From an uncultured Pirellulales bacterium (GTDB lineage: Bacteria; Planctomycetota; Phycisphaerae; Sedimentisphaerales; SM23-30), in contig CAZOTP010000001.1 in assembly GCA_964582655.1 (NCBI GenBank), forward strand, positions 1 to 42,126: a DNA stretch of 42,126 nt, in the 5' to 3' direction. Below the pieces are notes generated by a model. The model did not search any database, was not told where the DNA came from, and worked only from the letters and a program-made list of their open reading frames with translations. Below are positions 1 through 8,588 of this stretch, in pieces. The position numbers were made by a program, and so were the translations under genes. The stretch's first letter is position 1. Every line of letters starts with the position of its first letter.

Positions 1-1466
1 GGGGCGGGCGGGGGACGGTCCGGGGGCGCGGGGACGGGGGGGAGGTGGGGCCGGCGTACGAGGAGTTTCCGGGGCGGATCGAGATGTTCGGGGCCGAGAG
101 CGAGCGGCTGACGCTGATGCATCCGGTGAGCGGGGAGGCGCTGTCGCAGGAGCATCAGATGTTCATCTATCCGGCGCAGCATTACGTGATGCCGGAGGAC
201 CGGATCGAGTCGGCGCTGGCGGGGATCGCCGGGGAGCTGGAGGAGCGGCTGTTTGTGCTGCGGAACGAGGGGAAACTGCTGGAGGCGCAGCGGCTGAGCG
301 CGCGGACGCGGTACGACATGGAGATGATTCGGGAGGTGGGGTACTGCAGCGGGATCGAGAATTACGCCCGGCATCTGGCGGGGCTTCCGGCGGGGGCGAG
401 GCCTTATACGCTGATCGATTATTTTCCGAAGGATTTTCTGCTGATTCTGGATGAATCGCACGTGACGGTGCCACAGATCCGGGCGATGCACGCGGGGGAC
501 GCCAGCCGCAAGCAGGTGCTGGTGGATCACGGATTCCGGCTGCCTTCGGCGATGGACAACCGGCCCCTGCGGTTCGAGGAGTTCGAGCAGATCTGCCGGC
601 AGACGCTGTTTGTTTCGGCGACGCCGGGTCCGTATGAGCTGGCGCGGTGCGGGGGCGAGGTGGTGGAGCAGATTATCCGGCCCACGGGGCTGATCGATCC
701 GGCGATCCGGGTGGAGCCGGCGCGGGGGCAGGTGAAGCATCTGCTGGGCGAAATCCGCAAGCGGGTGGAGCAGAAGGAGCGTGTGCTGGTGACGACGCTG
801 ACCAAGCGGCTGGCGGAGGATTTGAGCCAATTCATCCGGGAGGAGGGGTTCCGATGCGAATACCTGCACAGCGAGATTGTGACGCTGGAGCGGGTGGAGA
901 TTCTGCGGAATCTGCGGCTGGGGGAGTTCGACGTACTGGTGGGGGTGAATCTGCTCCGGGAGGGGCTGGATCTGCCGGAGGTTGCGCTGGTGGCGATTCT
1001 GGACGCGGACAAGGAGGGATTTCTGCGGAGCGAGACGTGGCTGATCCAGACGATCGGGCGGACGGCGCGGAACGTGAACGCGGAGGTGATTCTGTACGGG
1101 GATACGGTGACGGCATCGATGGAGCGTGCGATGCGGGAGACGCAGCGGCGGCGGGAGATCCAGCAGAAGTACAACGAGGAGCACGGGATTACGCCGGAGA
1201 CCATCAAGAAAGCAATCCGGACGAGCCTGGAGTCGGAATTCCAGGCCAGGCGGATGGCGCAGGAGATTCTGACGCACGACGAGACGGAGTACGACCGGCA
1301 GGAGCTGATCGCGATGCTGGAGAGGGAGATGCTGGAGGCGGCGGAGGCGCTGGAATTCGAGAAGGCAGCGGCGCTGCGGGACCAGATCGCCGAGCTGCAG
1401 ACGGCGCCGGAGGTGGGGAAGGTGAAAAAGAAGAAGGCGGCGCGAGGGGGTCGGAAAACCGAATAA
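1..1466 (+). CDS. uvrB: Excinuclease ABC subunit B (UvrB), 5' end cut by window edge
   Basis: The frame of ORF 45..1466 stays open back to nt 3. The translation matches UvrB from the RGTFRVRGD-like strand onward. Motifs seen: DESHVTVPQ (helicase motif II), [57 protein letters not shown] (motif VI), YNEEHGITP, and the C-terminal UVR motif [16 protein letters not shown]. Confidence 0.95.
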   Translation, partial: GGRGTVRGRGDGGEVGPAYEEFPGRIEMFGAESERLTLMHPVSGEALSQEHQMFIYPAQHYVMPEDRIESALAGIAGELEERLFVLRNEGKLLEAQRLSARTRYDMEMIREVGYCSGIENYARHLAGLPAGARPYTLIDYFPKDFLLILDESHVTVPQIRAMHAGDASRKQVLVDHGFRLPSAMDNRPLRFEEFEQICRQTLFVSATPGPYELARCGGEVVEQIIRPTGLIDPAIRVEPARGQVKHLLGEIRKRVEQKERVLVTTLTKRLAEDLSQFIREEGFRCEYLHSEIVTLERVEILRNLRLGEFDVLVGVNLLREGLDLPEVALVAILDADKEGFLRSETWLIQTIGRTARNVNAEVILYGDTVTASMERAMRETQRRREIQQKYNEEHGITPETIKKAIRTSLESEFQARRMAQEILTHDETEYDRQELIAMLEREMLEAAEALEFEKAAALRDQIAELQTAPEVGKVKKKKAARGGRKTE

Positions 1467-1481
1467 CGCGAGGAACGATGT

Positions 1482-2363
1482 ATGTCACTGATGGAACCGG
1501 ACAGGCTGTGTTATGTGAACCTGATCGAGATGGCGCGGGCGGAAGACCTGGGGACGGGGGATGTGACCTCGGAGATCACGATTCCGGCGGAGCAGAGGGG
1601 GAAGGCGGCGATCGTGTTTCGGGAGGCGGGAGTTCTGTGCGGGATGAACGTGGTTCGGGAAACGCTGCGGCGGTACGATGCGCAATTGCAGTTTGAGGCG
1701 ATGCGGAAGGACGGGGAGCGGCTGGAGGCGGGAGAGATCGCGGGTCGGATCGGCGGGCCTTTGCGGGGGATTCTGGCGGCGGAGCGGGTGCTGCTGAATT
1801 TTCTGCAGCGGCTGGGCGGGATCGCGACGATCACGGCGGCGTACGTGGAGCAGGCGCGGGGGACGCGGGCGAAAATCTGCGATACGCGGAAGACGACGCC
1901 GGGGTGGCGGGAGCTGGAGAAATACGCGGTTCGGTGCGGGGGCGGGGTGAATCACCGGAAGGGGCTCTACGATGCGGTATTAATCAAGGATAATCATCTG
2001 GCGGCGCTGGGGGCGGGGAATTTTCGGGAGGGACTGGCGGCGGCGCTGGCCCGCATCCGGGAGCGGACGGTGAAACCGGAGTTTGTGGAGGTGGAGGCGG
2101 ACACGCTGGAGCAATTCGAGGTGGCGCTGGAGCTCGGGGGGATCGACATGATTCTGCTGGACAACATGACGTGCGAGCAGATGCGCGAGGCGGTGAAGCG
2201 GCGGGACCGCAGCGCCCGGGGGAGAGGGATTCTTCTGGAGGCGTCGGGCGGGGTTACGCTGGAGTCGGTGAAGACGATCGCATTGACGGGAGTGGACCGC
2301 ATATCGGCGGGAGCGCTGACGCATTCGGCGCGGAGCCTGGATATCGGGCTGGATCTGGAGTGA
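1482..2363 (+). CDS. nadC: Nicotinate-nucleotide pyrophosphorylase (quinolinate phosphoribosyltransferase)
   Basis: 293 aa with NadC signatures DLGTGDVTSE, AERVLLNFLQRLGGIAT, TRKTTPGWRELEKYAVRCGGGVNHRKGLYDAVLIKDNH and ILLDNM. Starts 16 nt after the uvrB stop. Confidence 0.93.
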   Translation: MSLMEPDRLCYVNLIEMARAEDLGTGDVTSEITIPAEQRGKAAIVFREAGVLCGMNVVRETLRRYDAQLQFEAMRKDGERLEAGEIAGRIGGPLRGILAAERVLLNFLQRLGGIATITAAYVEQARGTRAKICDTRKTTPGWRELEKYAVRCGGGVNHRKGLYDAVLIKDNHLAALGAGNFREGLAAALARIRERTVKPEFVEVEADTLEQFEVALELGGIDMILLDNMTCEQMREAVKRRDRSARGRGILLEASGGVTLESVKTIALTGVDRISAGALTHSARSLDIGLDLE

Positions 2364-2365
2364 GC

Positions 2366-3331
2366 ATGCCATTCGGACTGCTGGAGCTGCTGCGGCGGAA
2401 TCGGGGGCAATGGCTGACGATGGAGGCGCTGGCGCGTGCGCTGGGGAGAACGCCGGGGCAGATTCTGGAGCAGATGGAGAAGATTCGGGCGCTGGGGCAT
2501 ACGGTGGAGGCGGTGCCGGCGCGGGGATACCGGCTGGCGGGGATGACGGATTCGCTTTCGGCGGACCCGATCGAGTATGGATTGAATACATCGCTCGTGG
2601 GGAAAAAAATTCTTTTGTTCGATGAGACGGACAGCACGAACACGGTTGCATGGCACTATGCCAAAGAGAAGGGGTATGACGGACTGGCGGTGTTCGCGGA
2701 GGTTCAGCGGCAGGGTCGGGGCAGGCTGGGGCGGACGTGGGAAGCGGGCAAGGGGCAGAGTCTTCTGTGTTCGATTCTGTTTCAGAATCTGGAGGGAGTG
2801 ACGGGGGCTTCGCTGTCGTTGGCGGCGGGACTGGCGACAGCGCGGGCGATCGAGGCGGTGTGCGGGATTCCGGCGAGAATCAAGTGGCCCAACGACGTGA
2901 TGCTGGAGGGGAGGAAAGCGGCGGGGACGATGCTGGAATGCCGGAAGGTTCAGGGGGCGACGGTTTGCGTGATGGGGATCGGAATCAACGTAAATCAAAC
3001 GAGGGAAGATTTTCCGGAGGAAATTCGGGACCGGGCGATTTCGCTGCGCCAGGCGTGCGGGGAGCGGGCGGACCGCAATGAACTGGCGCAGGGTCTTTTG
3101 CGGGAGACGGATTATTGGTTTGGGGTTCTGAAGGCGGGCCGGAGCGGGGAACTGCATGACGAGTGGCTGGCGCGGTGCGACACTATCGGGCGGAGGATCT
3201 CGCTGCGGCAGGACGGGCGGGCATATGCCGGGCGGGTGGTGGATGTGCTGGTGGACGAGGGGCTGCTGGTGCAGTTGGACAGCGGGGGGATTCGGATTTT
3301 CGACAGCTCGACCAGCAGCGTTGTCGCCTGA
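2366..3331 (+). CDS. birA: Bifunctional biotin-[acetyl-CoA-carboxylase] ligase / biotin operon repressor
   Basis: The in-frame ATG at 2366 (2 nt after the nadC stop) gives 321 aa. It has an N-terminal wHTH (WLTMEALARALGRTPGQILEQMEKIRALGHTVEAVPARGYRL) and a ligase core with TDSTN, QRQGRGRLGRTW and KWPNDV. The ORF-track start at 2171 lies inside nadC and is rejected. Confidence 0.9.
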   Translation: MPFGLLELLRRNRGQWLTMEALARALGRTPGQILEQMEKIRALGHTVEAVPARGYRLAGMTDSLSADPIEYGLNTSLVGKKILLFDETDSTNTVAWHYAKEKGYDGLAVFAEVQRQGRGRLGRTWEAGKGQSLLCSILFQNLEGVTGASLSLAAGLATARAIEAVCGIPARIKWPNDVMLEGRKAAGTMLECRKVQGATVCVMGIGINVNQTREDFPEEIRDRAISLRQACGERADRNELAQGLLRETDYWFGVLKAGRSGELHDEWLARCDTIGRRISLRQDGRAYAGRVVDVLVDEGLLVQLDSGGIRIFDSSTSSVVA

Positions 3332-3847
3332 GAGCCCGTTTTTTCGTCCTATTCCTTATCATCGATCCAATCGTTACAGAGCCACGGGCGGAGAGACTGC
3401 GCGTTAAGTTTGGGGGGATATTCCGTCTGGGCAAGATTTTTTTCCGCCGGGGGAAATAAAAAGGGGCGGAAAAGGGACTGCGCGTTTTGCCTGCGGGGAT
3501 TTTGAAATATACACTTGCTAGGTTGAACGTGCAAGAAACACAATTTTCAAAATGGTGCGACCGGATGTTGCCCGATTTTAGCCAAAGTGGACCGTACCCC
3601 CAACCGATACCATCAAGGATGATCGGAGGGATTTTTCCCTCGCGGGCATGGAGAAACGGGACCGGCGCGTGTTGCCGGAGCGGAATGCCGACGGGGGAAT
3701 TTGGCCTGAGAAGCAGGAAAGGCAGGTGATGTGCCGACAGGATACGATGGGTAGCGTTACGGCGTCGAGCCGGCAGAAAAGCTGTTCGTGAAAAGGAAAC
3801 TTTTTAATCCATGGTTTACGGTTTTCCAGAAACCGGAGGAACAAAAC

Positions 3848-4330
3848 ATGAGTAACATGAGAAAACAAGGGTTTACGCTGGTTGAAATTCTGATCGTCGT
3901 AATCATCCTGGGTATTCTGGCGGCGATTGTGATTCCGCAGTTTACCGAGGCCTCGACGAACGCGAAGGAATCGTCTCTGGTGAGCAACCTGCAGACGCTG
4001 CGTTCGCAGATCGGTCTGTACAAGATTCAGCACAATGACACGCTGCCTTCGCTGGATTCCAACGATGAGGCCGTATTGCGTCTGACGACCGTTACGGACA
4101 TCAACGGGGAAGCGTGGGCGGACGGCGCCGGAAACAAATACGGCCCGTATATGCAGGCGGTTCCCAAGAATCCGTTCGCCCCTGCCGATTTGGACACCAT
4201 GTTCAGCTTTGGCACGACCGATGCTCCGGGAGACAACAGTTCTCACTGGTATATCAATACCACCACGGGGGCCATCAATGCCAACGACGACAAGCAGACT
4301 CCGGATCAGGTCGATCATAAGCTTCTGTAA
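3848..4330 (+). CDS. Prepilin-type N-terminal cleavage/methylation domain protein, GspG-like (probable major pseudopilin)
   Basis: ATG 3848 is preceded by GGAGGA (3835-3840). Class III signal MSNMRKQG|FTLVEILIVVIILGILAAIVIPQF with G-1, F+1 and E+5. The protein is 160 aa and is the first gene of the cluster. A GPYMQAVPKNPF motif is shared with the next two genes. Confidence 0.85.
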   Translation: MSNMRKQGFTLVEILIVVIILGILAAIVIPQFTEASTNAKESSLVSNLQTLRSQIGLYKIQHNDTLPSLDSNDEAVLRLTTVTDINGEAWADGAGNKYGPYMQAVPKNPFAPADLDTMFSFGTTDAPGDNSSHWYINTTTGAINANDDKQTPDQVDHKLL

Positions 4331-4390
4331 TGTCCGTAAGAGGAACCCTCTTGGCTATAATGCAAGGGTTTGACGAATGACGAAGAATCC

Positions 4391-4427
4391 AGGTCCGGCG
4401 GCAGCGATGCTGCCGGACCTTCTTCTT
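4391..4427 (+). terminator. GC-rich hairpin plus T-rich tail after the first pseudopilin gene (possible partial terminator/attenuator)
   Basis: AGGTCCGG-CG-GCAGC-GAT-GCTGC-CGGACCT (4391-4420) forms a stem of about 12-13 bp with a small bulge, followed by TCTTCTT. It lies between pseudopilin genes 1 and 2. Confidence 0.4.
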
Positions 4428-4447
4428 GCGAAACCAGGTAACCGATT

Positions 4448-4954
4448 ATGAATAGAACCCACCATAAACCCATGACGATCGAGAATCGCCGGCATCGCCG
4501 GAGCGGCTTTACGGTTCTGGAGGTGCTTCTGGTGCTTGGATTTCTGATTGTGCTGACGGCGGTGGTGATCCCGCGGTACACGGAAGCGGCGCCGGACGAC
4601 AGCCGGGAAGACATTTTGATGAACAATCTGATGGCGATCCGGTCGCAGTTGAAGATGTACCAGGTGCAGCATTTGAACGAGTATCCCAGCGGGAAAGGGA
4701 CTTCGCTGGTGATCCCGGAGAATTTTGTGCTTCGGATGACGAGCCGCACGAACGCCGACCATTCCCCCGACGGGATTTTCGGCCCGTATTTCCAGGATTT
4801 TCCGAAGAATCCGTTCAACGGGCTGAATACGGTCCGATACGGGAGCGATCCCGGCGCGGGCATGGCCGGCTGGTGTTTCGATACGGTTACCGGCCAGATG
4901 AAGGCGGACGATCAGGGACGGTCGCCCGACGGGACGGCCCACCATGTTTATTAA
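4448..4954 (+). CDS. Prepilin-type N-terminal cleavage/methylation domain protein (pseudopilin paralogue 2)
   Basis: Long basic leader MNRTHHKPMTIENRRHRRSG|FTVLEVLLVLGFLIVLTAVVIPRY. Shares GPYFQDFPKNPF and W-x-F-D-T-V-TG-x4-DD with gene 1. Confidence 0.8.
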   Translation: MNRTHHKPMTIENRRHRRSGFTVLEVLLVLGFLIVLTAVVIPRYTEAAPDDSREDILMNNLMAIRSQLKMYQVQHLNEYPSGKGTSLVIPENFVLRMTSRTNADHSPDGIFGPYFQDFPKNPFNGLNTVRYGSDPGAGMAGWCFDTVTGQMKADDQGRSPDGTAHHVY

Positions 4955-4997
4955 CAGGAAAGCGACCAATTCAAACTCCTGGTTGAAGGGTAAAGCG

Positions 4998-5528
4998 ATG
5001 AAAAGCCAAAACAATTTCGGGTTGAAGACCGGGAGGAGGCATTTCCATCCGGGCGGATTTACACTGGTGGAGATACTGATCGTGGTGATCATTCTGGGGA
5101 TTCTGGCGGCGATCATCATTCCCAACGTCAGCAGCGCGAGCACGCAGACGCGGGAGAACATGATCAAGGAAAACCTGCGGATGTTCCGCCAGCAGATCGG
5201 GGCATACCGGGCGGAGCATGACGACGTTTCGCCGGGGTATCCCAACAACGACCCGAGCGAAACGCCGACGGAGGCGGTATTTATTCAGCAGATGACGCAG
5301 ACGACGGACAAATACGGGAACAGTCCCGGTTCCTATGGGCCTTACATGCGCAAGGTACCGGAAAACACGGTGAACAATTTGACGAGCATCCAGATTCTGG
5401 CGAACGGGGAGGATCTTCCGGCGGAAGGGGGAAACACGCACGGCTGGATTTATTCGCCGGAGAAAATCGCTGTATTAGCGGGGAATTCCGGCGCGGATTC
5501 GAGCGGCGTATTGTATTCGAAGTATTAA
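4998..5528 (+). CDS. Prepilin-type N-terminal cleavage/methylation domain protein (pseudopilin paralogue 3)
   Basis: The in-frame ATG at 4998 gives MKSQNNFGLKTGRRHFHPGG|FTLVEILIVVIILGILAAIIIPNV. A GPYMRKVPEN motif is present. The ORF-track start at 4944 overlaps the end of the previous gene. Confidence 0.8.
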   Translation: MKSQNNFGLKTGRRHFHPGGFTLVEILIVVIILGILAAIIIPNVSSASTQTRENMIKENLRMFRQQIGAYRAEHDDVSPGYPNNDPSETPTEAVFIQQMTQTTDKYGNSPGSYGPYMRKVPENTVNNLTSIQILANGEDLPAEGGNTHGWIYSPEKIAVLAGNSGADSSGVLYSKY

Positions 5529-5564
5529 TCCTTATTTCAATCCCCTGGCGGAGAAAGCCTTATT

Positions 5565-5882
5565 ATGGAACAACACGAATCGAAACCAATCTTGGTGCTG
5601 GTCGATGGATACACTCGCCTGCTGCTGACGGCGCTGGCGGTGCTTCTGACGCTGGTTGTTGTGGGTCTGTGGAGCGGCGTGCCTTCGATGACGCCGTCGG
5701 CGGAGGCGAAGATTCCGGATTCGGGACTTCAGCTTCAGGAAGTGATTGAGAAGCTGGACCGGGTGAATCAAACGCTGGACAGCCTGAACCAGACGGTATC
5801 GGGGAATCTGAAGGTTCAACTGGTGGACGCCAACGGCAATCCGGTGACGTTTGCACCGGCGGCGGGGAATTCGGGCAAGTAA
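5565..5882 (+). CDS. Small single-pass membrane protein with coiled-coil-like C-terminal half, function unknown
   Basis: 105 aa with one hydrophobic helix (LLLTALAVLLTLVVVGLWSG) followed by LQLQEVIEKLDRVNQTLDSLNQTV. It sits inside the pseudopilin cluster with short gaps and the same codon style. I recognise no family. Confidence 0.5.
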   Translation: MEQHESKPILVLVDGYTRLLLTALAVLLTLVVVGLWSGVPSMTPSAEAKIPDSGLQLQEVIEKLDRVNQTLDSLNQTVSGNLKVQLVDANGNPVTFAPAAGNSGK

Positions 5883-5886
5883 GGTT

Positions 5887-6417
5887 ATGAACGCGGTGAA
5901 ACAAACCATGCGGCCTATTTGCGCGTTTACCCTGGTGGAAGTGCTGGTGGTGCTTGCGATTCTGGGAATCGCGTGCCTGGTGATCCTGCCGATGATTTCG
6001 AACACGCACGACATGCAGGCGTCCTCGGCGACGCGGCAGATCGTATCGACGATTCTGTATGCGCAGACGCTGGCGATTTCCCGCCAGAAGGAGTACCAGG
6101 TCGTGTTTGACAGCGTCCATGACACGTATTCGGTGCGGGACGCGTCGGGGAACGTGGCGGAGGATCCGAGCGCATCGGGGCGGCTTTTCCAGATCGACTA
6201 CGACCAGGATGACCGTCTGCCGGCGGTGGACATAGAATCGGCCGTTTTTGACGGGGGGAGCGTGGTGTGGTTTGACCGCATGGGGGCTCCGTACAGCGGG
6301 ACGGTGGGAAGCGGCCCGCCCCTGACGACGGGAAACGTGATTTTGAGCGCCGGCGAGACGCGGTTCCGGATCGACGTGATCCCGGTGAGCGGCCGTGTCC
6401 AGGTGACGGAATTGTAG
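5887..6417 (+). CDS. GspH/FimT-like minor pseudopilin (prepilin-type N-terminal domain)
   Basis: ATG 5887 gives MNAVKQTMRPICA|FTLVEVLVVLAILGIACLVILP, with Ala rather than Gly at -1. Downstream, ATRQIVSTILYAQTLAISRQKEYQVVFD resembles the GspH-type beta-sheet domain (from memory). Confidence 0.7.
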   Translation: MNAVKQTMRPICAFTLVEVLVVLAILGIACLVILPMISNTHDMQASSATRQIVSTILYAQTLAISRQKEYQVVFDSVHDTYSVRDASGNVAEDPSASGRLFQIDYDQDDRLPAVDIESAVFDGGSVVWFDRMGAPYSGTVGSGPPLTTGNVILSAGETRFRIDVIPVSGRVQVTEL

Positions 6418-6586
6418 TCGGCGGCCCTGCCTGACACGCCCGATAATTGGAAGAATGTTCACTTTGTAACACGAGTACCAGTTGTGCGGCAAGTCCGCGC
6501 GAGACTTTGAAGAAAACTCTGCTGCTGGTGATGGAGTCCGAACTTCAGGCAGTCGATAGGATTAGTGGATAACAAGGAGTTTACCG

Positions 6587-8413
6587 ATGGGAAAGAGCAT
6601 TGGAATGATTGGAATAAGTATTTTGATCATCGCTGCGATTGTTAGCTCGCCTGCGATGGTCCGTGCGGAAGGAGTGGCGGAATCGGCGGCGACGGCGATA
6701 CCGGCGGCAGCAGAACCCGAGCCGGCGGCGGTGATCGAAGAGGCCGCGGCGGCGGAGGCGGTCCAGCCGGAATCGGCGGCCCCGGCAGAAGCGGCGGTGC
6801 AGATTGCCGCAGCGGCGGAGGCGGAAGCAGCGGCTCCCGCGGCGGCGGAGGCGGCCCTGCCGGCGGTCCAGCCGGACTCGGAAGGCGTGTTCCCCTCGCT
6901 GGTTCACAAGGGCGACATCAATGATTTTCTCCGGATTCTCAGCGCGGCGGCCCACAAGAACATCATCCCGTCCTCGCAGGTTCGGGGCGTGGTGAACGTG
7001 AATCTGTTCGAGGTGACGTTTACGGAGGCGCTGGAGGCGGTTTTGACGGCGAACGGCTTTGCGTACGAGGAGAAAGGGCCTTTTATTTTTGTTTATACGC
7101 AGAAGGAATTCCAGCAGATCCAGATCGCGGCCCGCAAGACGGAATCGAAATCGTTTCATCTGAATTATATTCCGGCGAAAGACGTGCAGGAGATGATCGC
7201 CCCTCTTCTGAGCGACAAGGCGAAGGTGACGACCTCTCCGGAATCGCTGTCGAACGAAAAGTCGGGCGAGACATGGGCGGTGAGCAATTACGTGGTGGTG
7301 GTGGATTACCCGGAAAACCTGGCGGAGGTGGAAGCGCTGATCGCGAAGATGGACCGGCGGCCGCCGCAGGTTCTGGTGGAAGCGACGATCATGGTGGCGA
7401 GCCTGGAAGACAAGGATGAACTGGGCATTGACTTCAACGTGCTGTCGGGCGTGGATTTCCAGGCGGTGGCGGGATTTCCGGCGGCCCCGGGCGGGACGGC
7501 TTCTCTGAGCGGGACGAACACCGGCGTCGATACGGGCTTCACGGGCAACGTGACGGACGGCGGGCTGTCGATCGGAATCGTCAACAGCAACATCGGGATG
7601 TTCATCAAAGCCATCGAAAGCATCACGGATACGGTGACGCTGGGCAATCCGAAGGTACTGACGCTGAACCGGCAATTGGGCAAGGTGATCGTGGGCAATC
7701 GCGACGGGTATATCACGACGGAAGTGTCGCAGACGACGGCGACGCAGACGGTGGAATTTCTGGAAACGGGCACGCAGCTTTCGTTCCGGCCTTTCGTGAT
7801 GGAAGACGGATACATCCGGATGGAACTGAATCCCAAGGACAGCGACGGCGGCGTTACGGTGACGGGAGAATTCACCCTGCCTTCGGAAAAAACGGCGGAA
7901 GTGACCACGAACGTTCTGGTGCAGGACGGCCGGACGATCGTGATCGGCGGGTTGTTCCGCGACAAGACGACGCTGAACCGCTCGCAGGTCCCGCTTCTGG
8001 GCAATCTGCCTTTGATCGGGACGCTGTTCCGCAGCACGGTGGACGACAATTCAAAAGAGGAAGTGATTTTTCTGATCACGCCTCACATCGTGAAGGAAGA
8101 GAAGGATTACGCGCTGGCGGAGAAGGCGCTGGACAACTGCCAGCGGCGGAGCATCGGGATCCGGGACGGGATGCAGTGGCACAGCCGGGAACGCCTGGCG
8201 GCGGCGCATTACGACTGGGCGAAGCAGCACCAGGCGTCGGGCAACCTGGATTCGGCGCTGTGGGATATCACCCTGGCGACGGACATGAATCCGGGCTCGC
8301 TGGACGCGCAGCGGCTTCGCGATCAACTGCTGACGAAGAAGATGTACCGGGCGGAAGACGGTTCGATGCATCTTTTCATGCGGCAATTAATCGAGCGTGA
8401 TTTTGGAAATTAA
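6587..8413 (+). CDS. Secretin (type II/III secretion system / type IV pilus secretin family)
   Basis: AAGGAG lies upstream and the signal peptide ends VRA|EG. N-domain-like segment DINDFLRILSAAAHKNIIPSSQVRGVVNVNLFEVTFTEALEAVL. C-terminal secretin domain: LGNPKVLTLNRQLGKVIVG, VEFLETGTQLSFRPFV, TTNVLVQDGRTIVIGGLFRD, VPLLGNLPLIGTLFR, EEVIFLITPHIV. About 100 aa of helical tail follow. Confidence 0.9.
   Translation: MGKSIGMIGISILIIAAIVSSPAMVRAEGVAESAATAIPAAAEPEPAAVIEEAAAAEAVQPESAAPAEAAVQIAAAAEAEAAAPAAAEAALPAVQPDSEGVFPSLVHKGDINDFLRILSAAAHKNIIPSSQVRGVVNVNLFEVTFTEALEAVLTANGFAYEEKGPFIFVYTQKEFQQIQIAARKTESKSFHLNYIPAKDVQEMIAPLLSDKAKVTTSPESLSNEKSGETWAVSNYVVVVDYPENLAEVEALIAKMDRRPPQVLVEATIMVASLEDKDELGIDFNVLSGVDFQAVAGFPAAPGGTASLSGTNTGVDTGFTGNVTDGGLSIGIVNSNIGMFIKAIESITDTVTLGNPKVLTLNRQLGKVIVGNRDGYITTEVSQTTATQTVEFLETGTQLSFRPFVMEDGYIRMELNPKDSDGGVTVTGEFTLPSEKTAEVTTNVLVQDGRTIVIGGLFRDKTTLNRSQVPLLGNLPLIGTLFRSTVDDNSKEEVIFLITPHIVKEEKDYALAEKALDNCQRRSIGIRDGMQWHSRERLAAAHYDWAKQHQASGNLDSALWDITLATDMNPGSLDAQRLRDQLLTKKMYRAEDGSMHLFMRQLIERDFGN
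6668..6886 (+). repeat. Ala/Glu/Pro-rich low-complexity linker of the secretin, encoded by imperfect GC-rich direct repeats
   Basis: Residues 28-100 read EGVAESAATAIPAAAEPEPAAVIEEAAAAEAVQPESAAPAEAAVQIAAAAEAEAAAPAAAEAALPAVQPDSEG. GCGGCGGCGGAGGCGG occurs at 6746 and 6839, and GCGGTCCAGCCGGA at 6758 and 6863. Confidence 0.6.
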
Positions 8414-8588
8414 ACGGCCTGGCGCCGGGACGGCGGCCCTGGACCGAATGGTTTGGCCTTTGAAAGGTTTCGAGCGCGGCAGGAGAGGAGAACCCTCTTC
8501 TGCTGCGTTCCTTAGATAGTATTCCTTACAACCCCGCGACGGGACGATTCAGGAAATCCGGAATCGCCAGTCGCACAGGAGGTGCCCG

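Noticed and set aside
3332-3847. I looked for a riboswitch (c-di-GMP type) or a sigma-54 promoter in the 516-bp region upstream of the pseudopilin operon. An 11-nt direct repeat GACTGCGCGTT occurs at 3395 and 3476.
   Set aside because: I could not recognise the conserved GEMM features. The TGGTGC...TTGC candidate has the wrong GG-to-GC spacing for sigma-54. An 11-mer repeat is not significant. An Rfam scan is needed before any claim.
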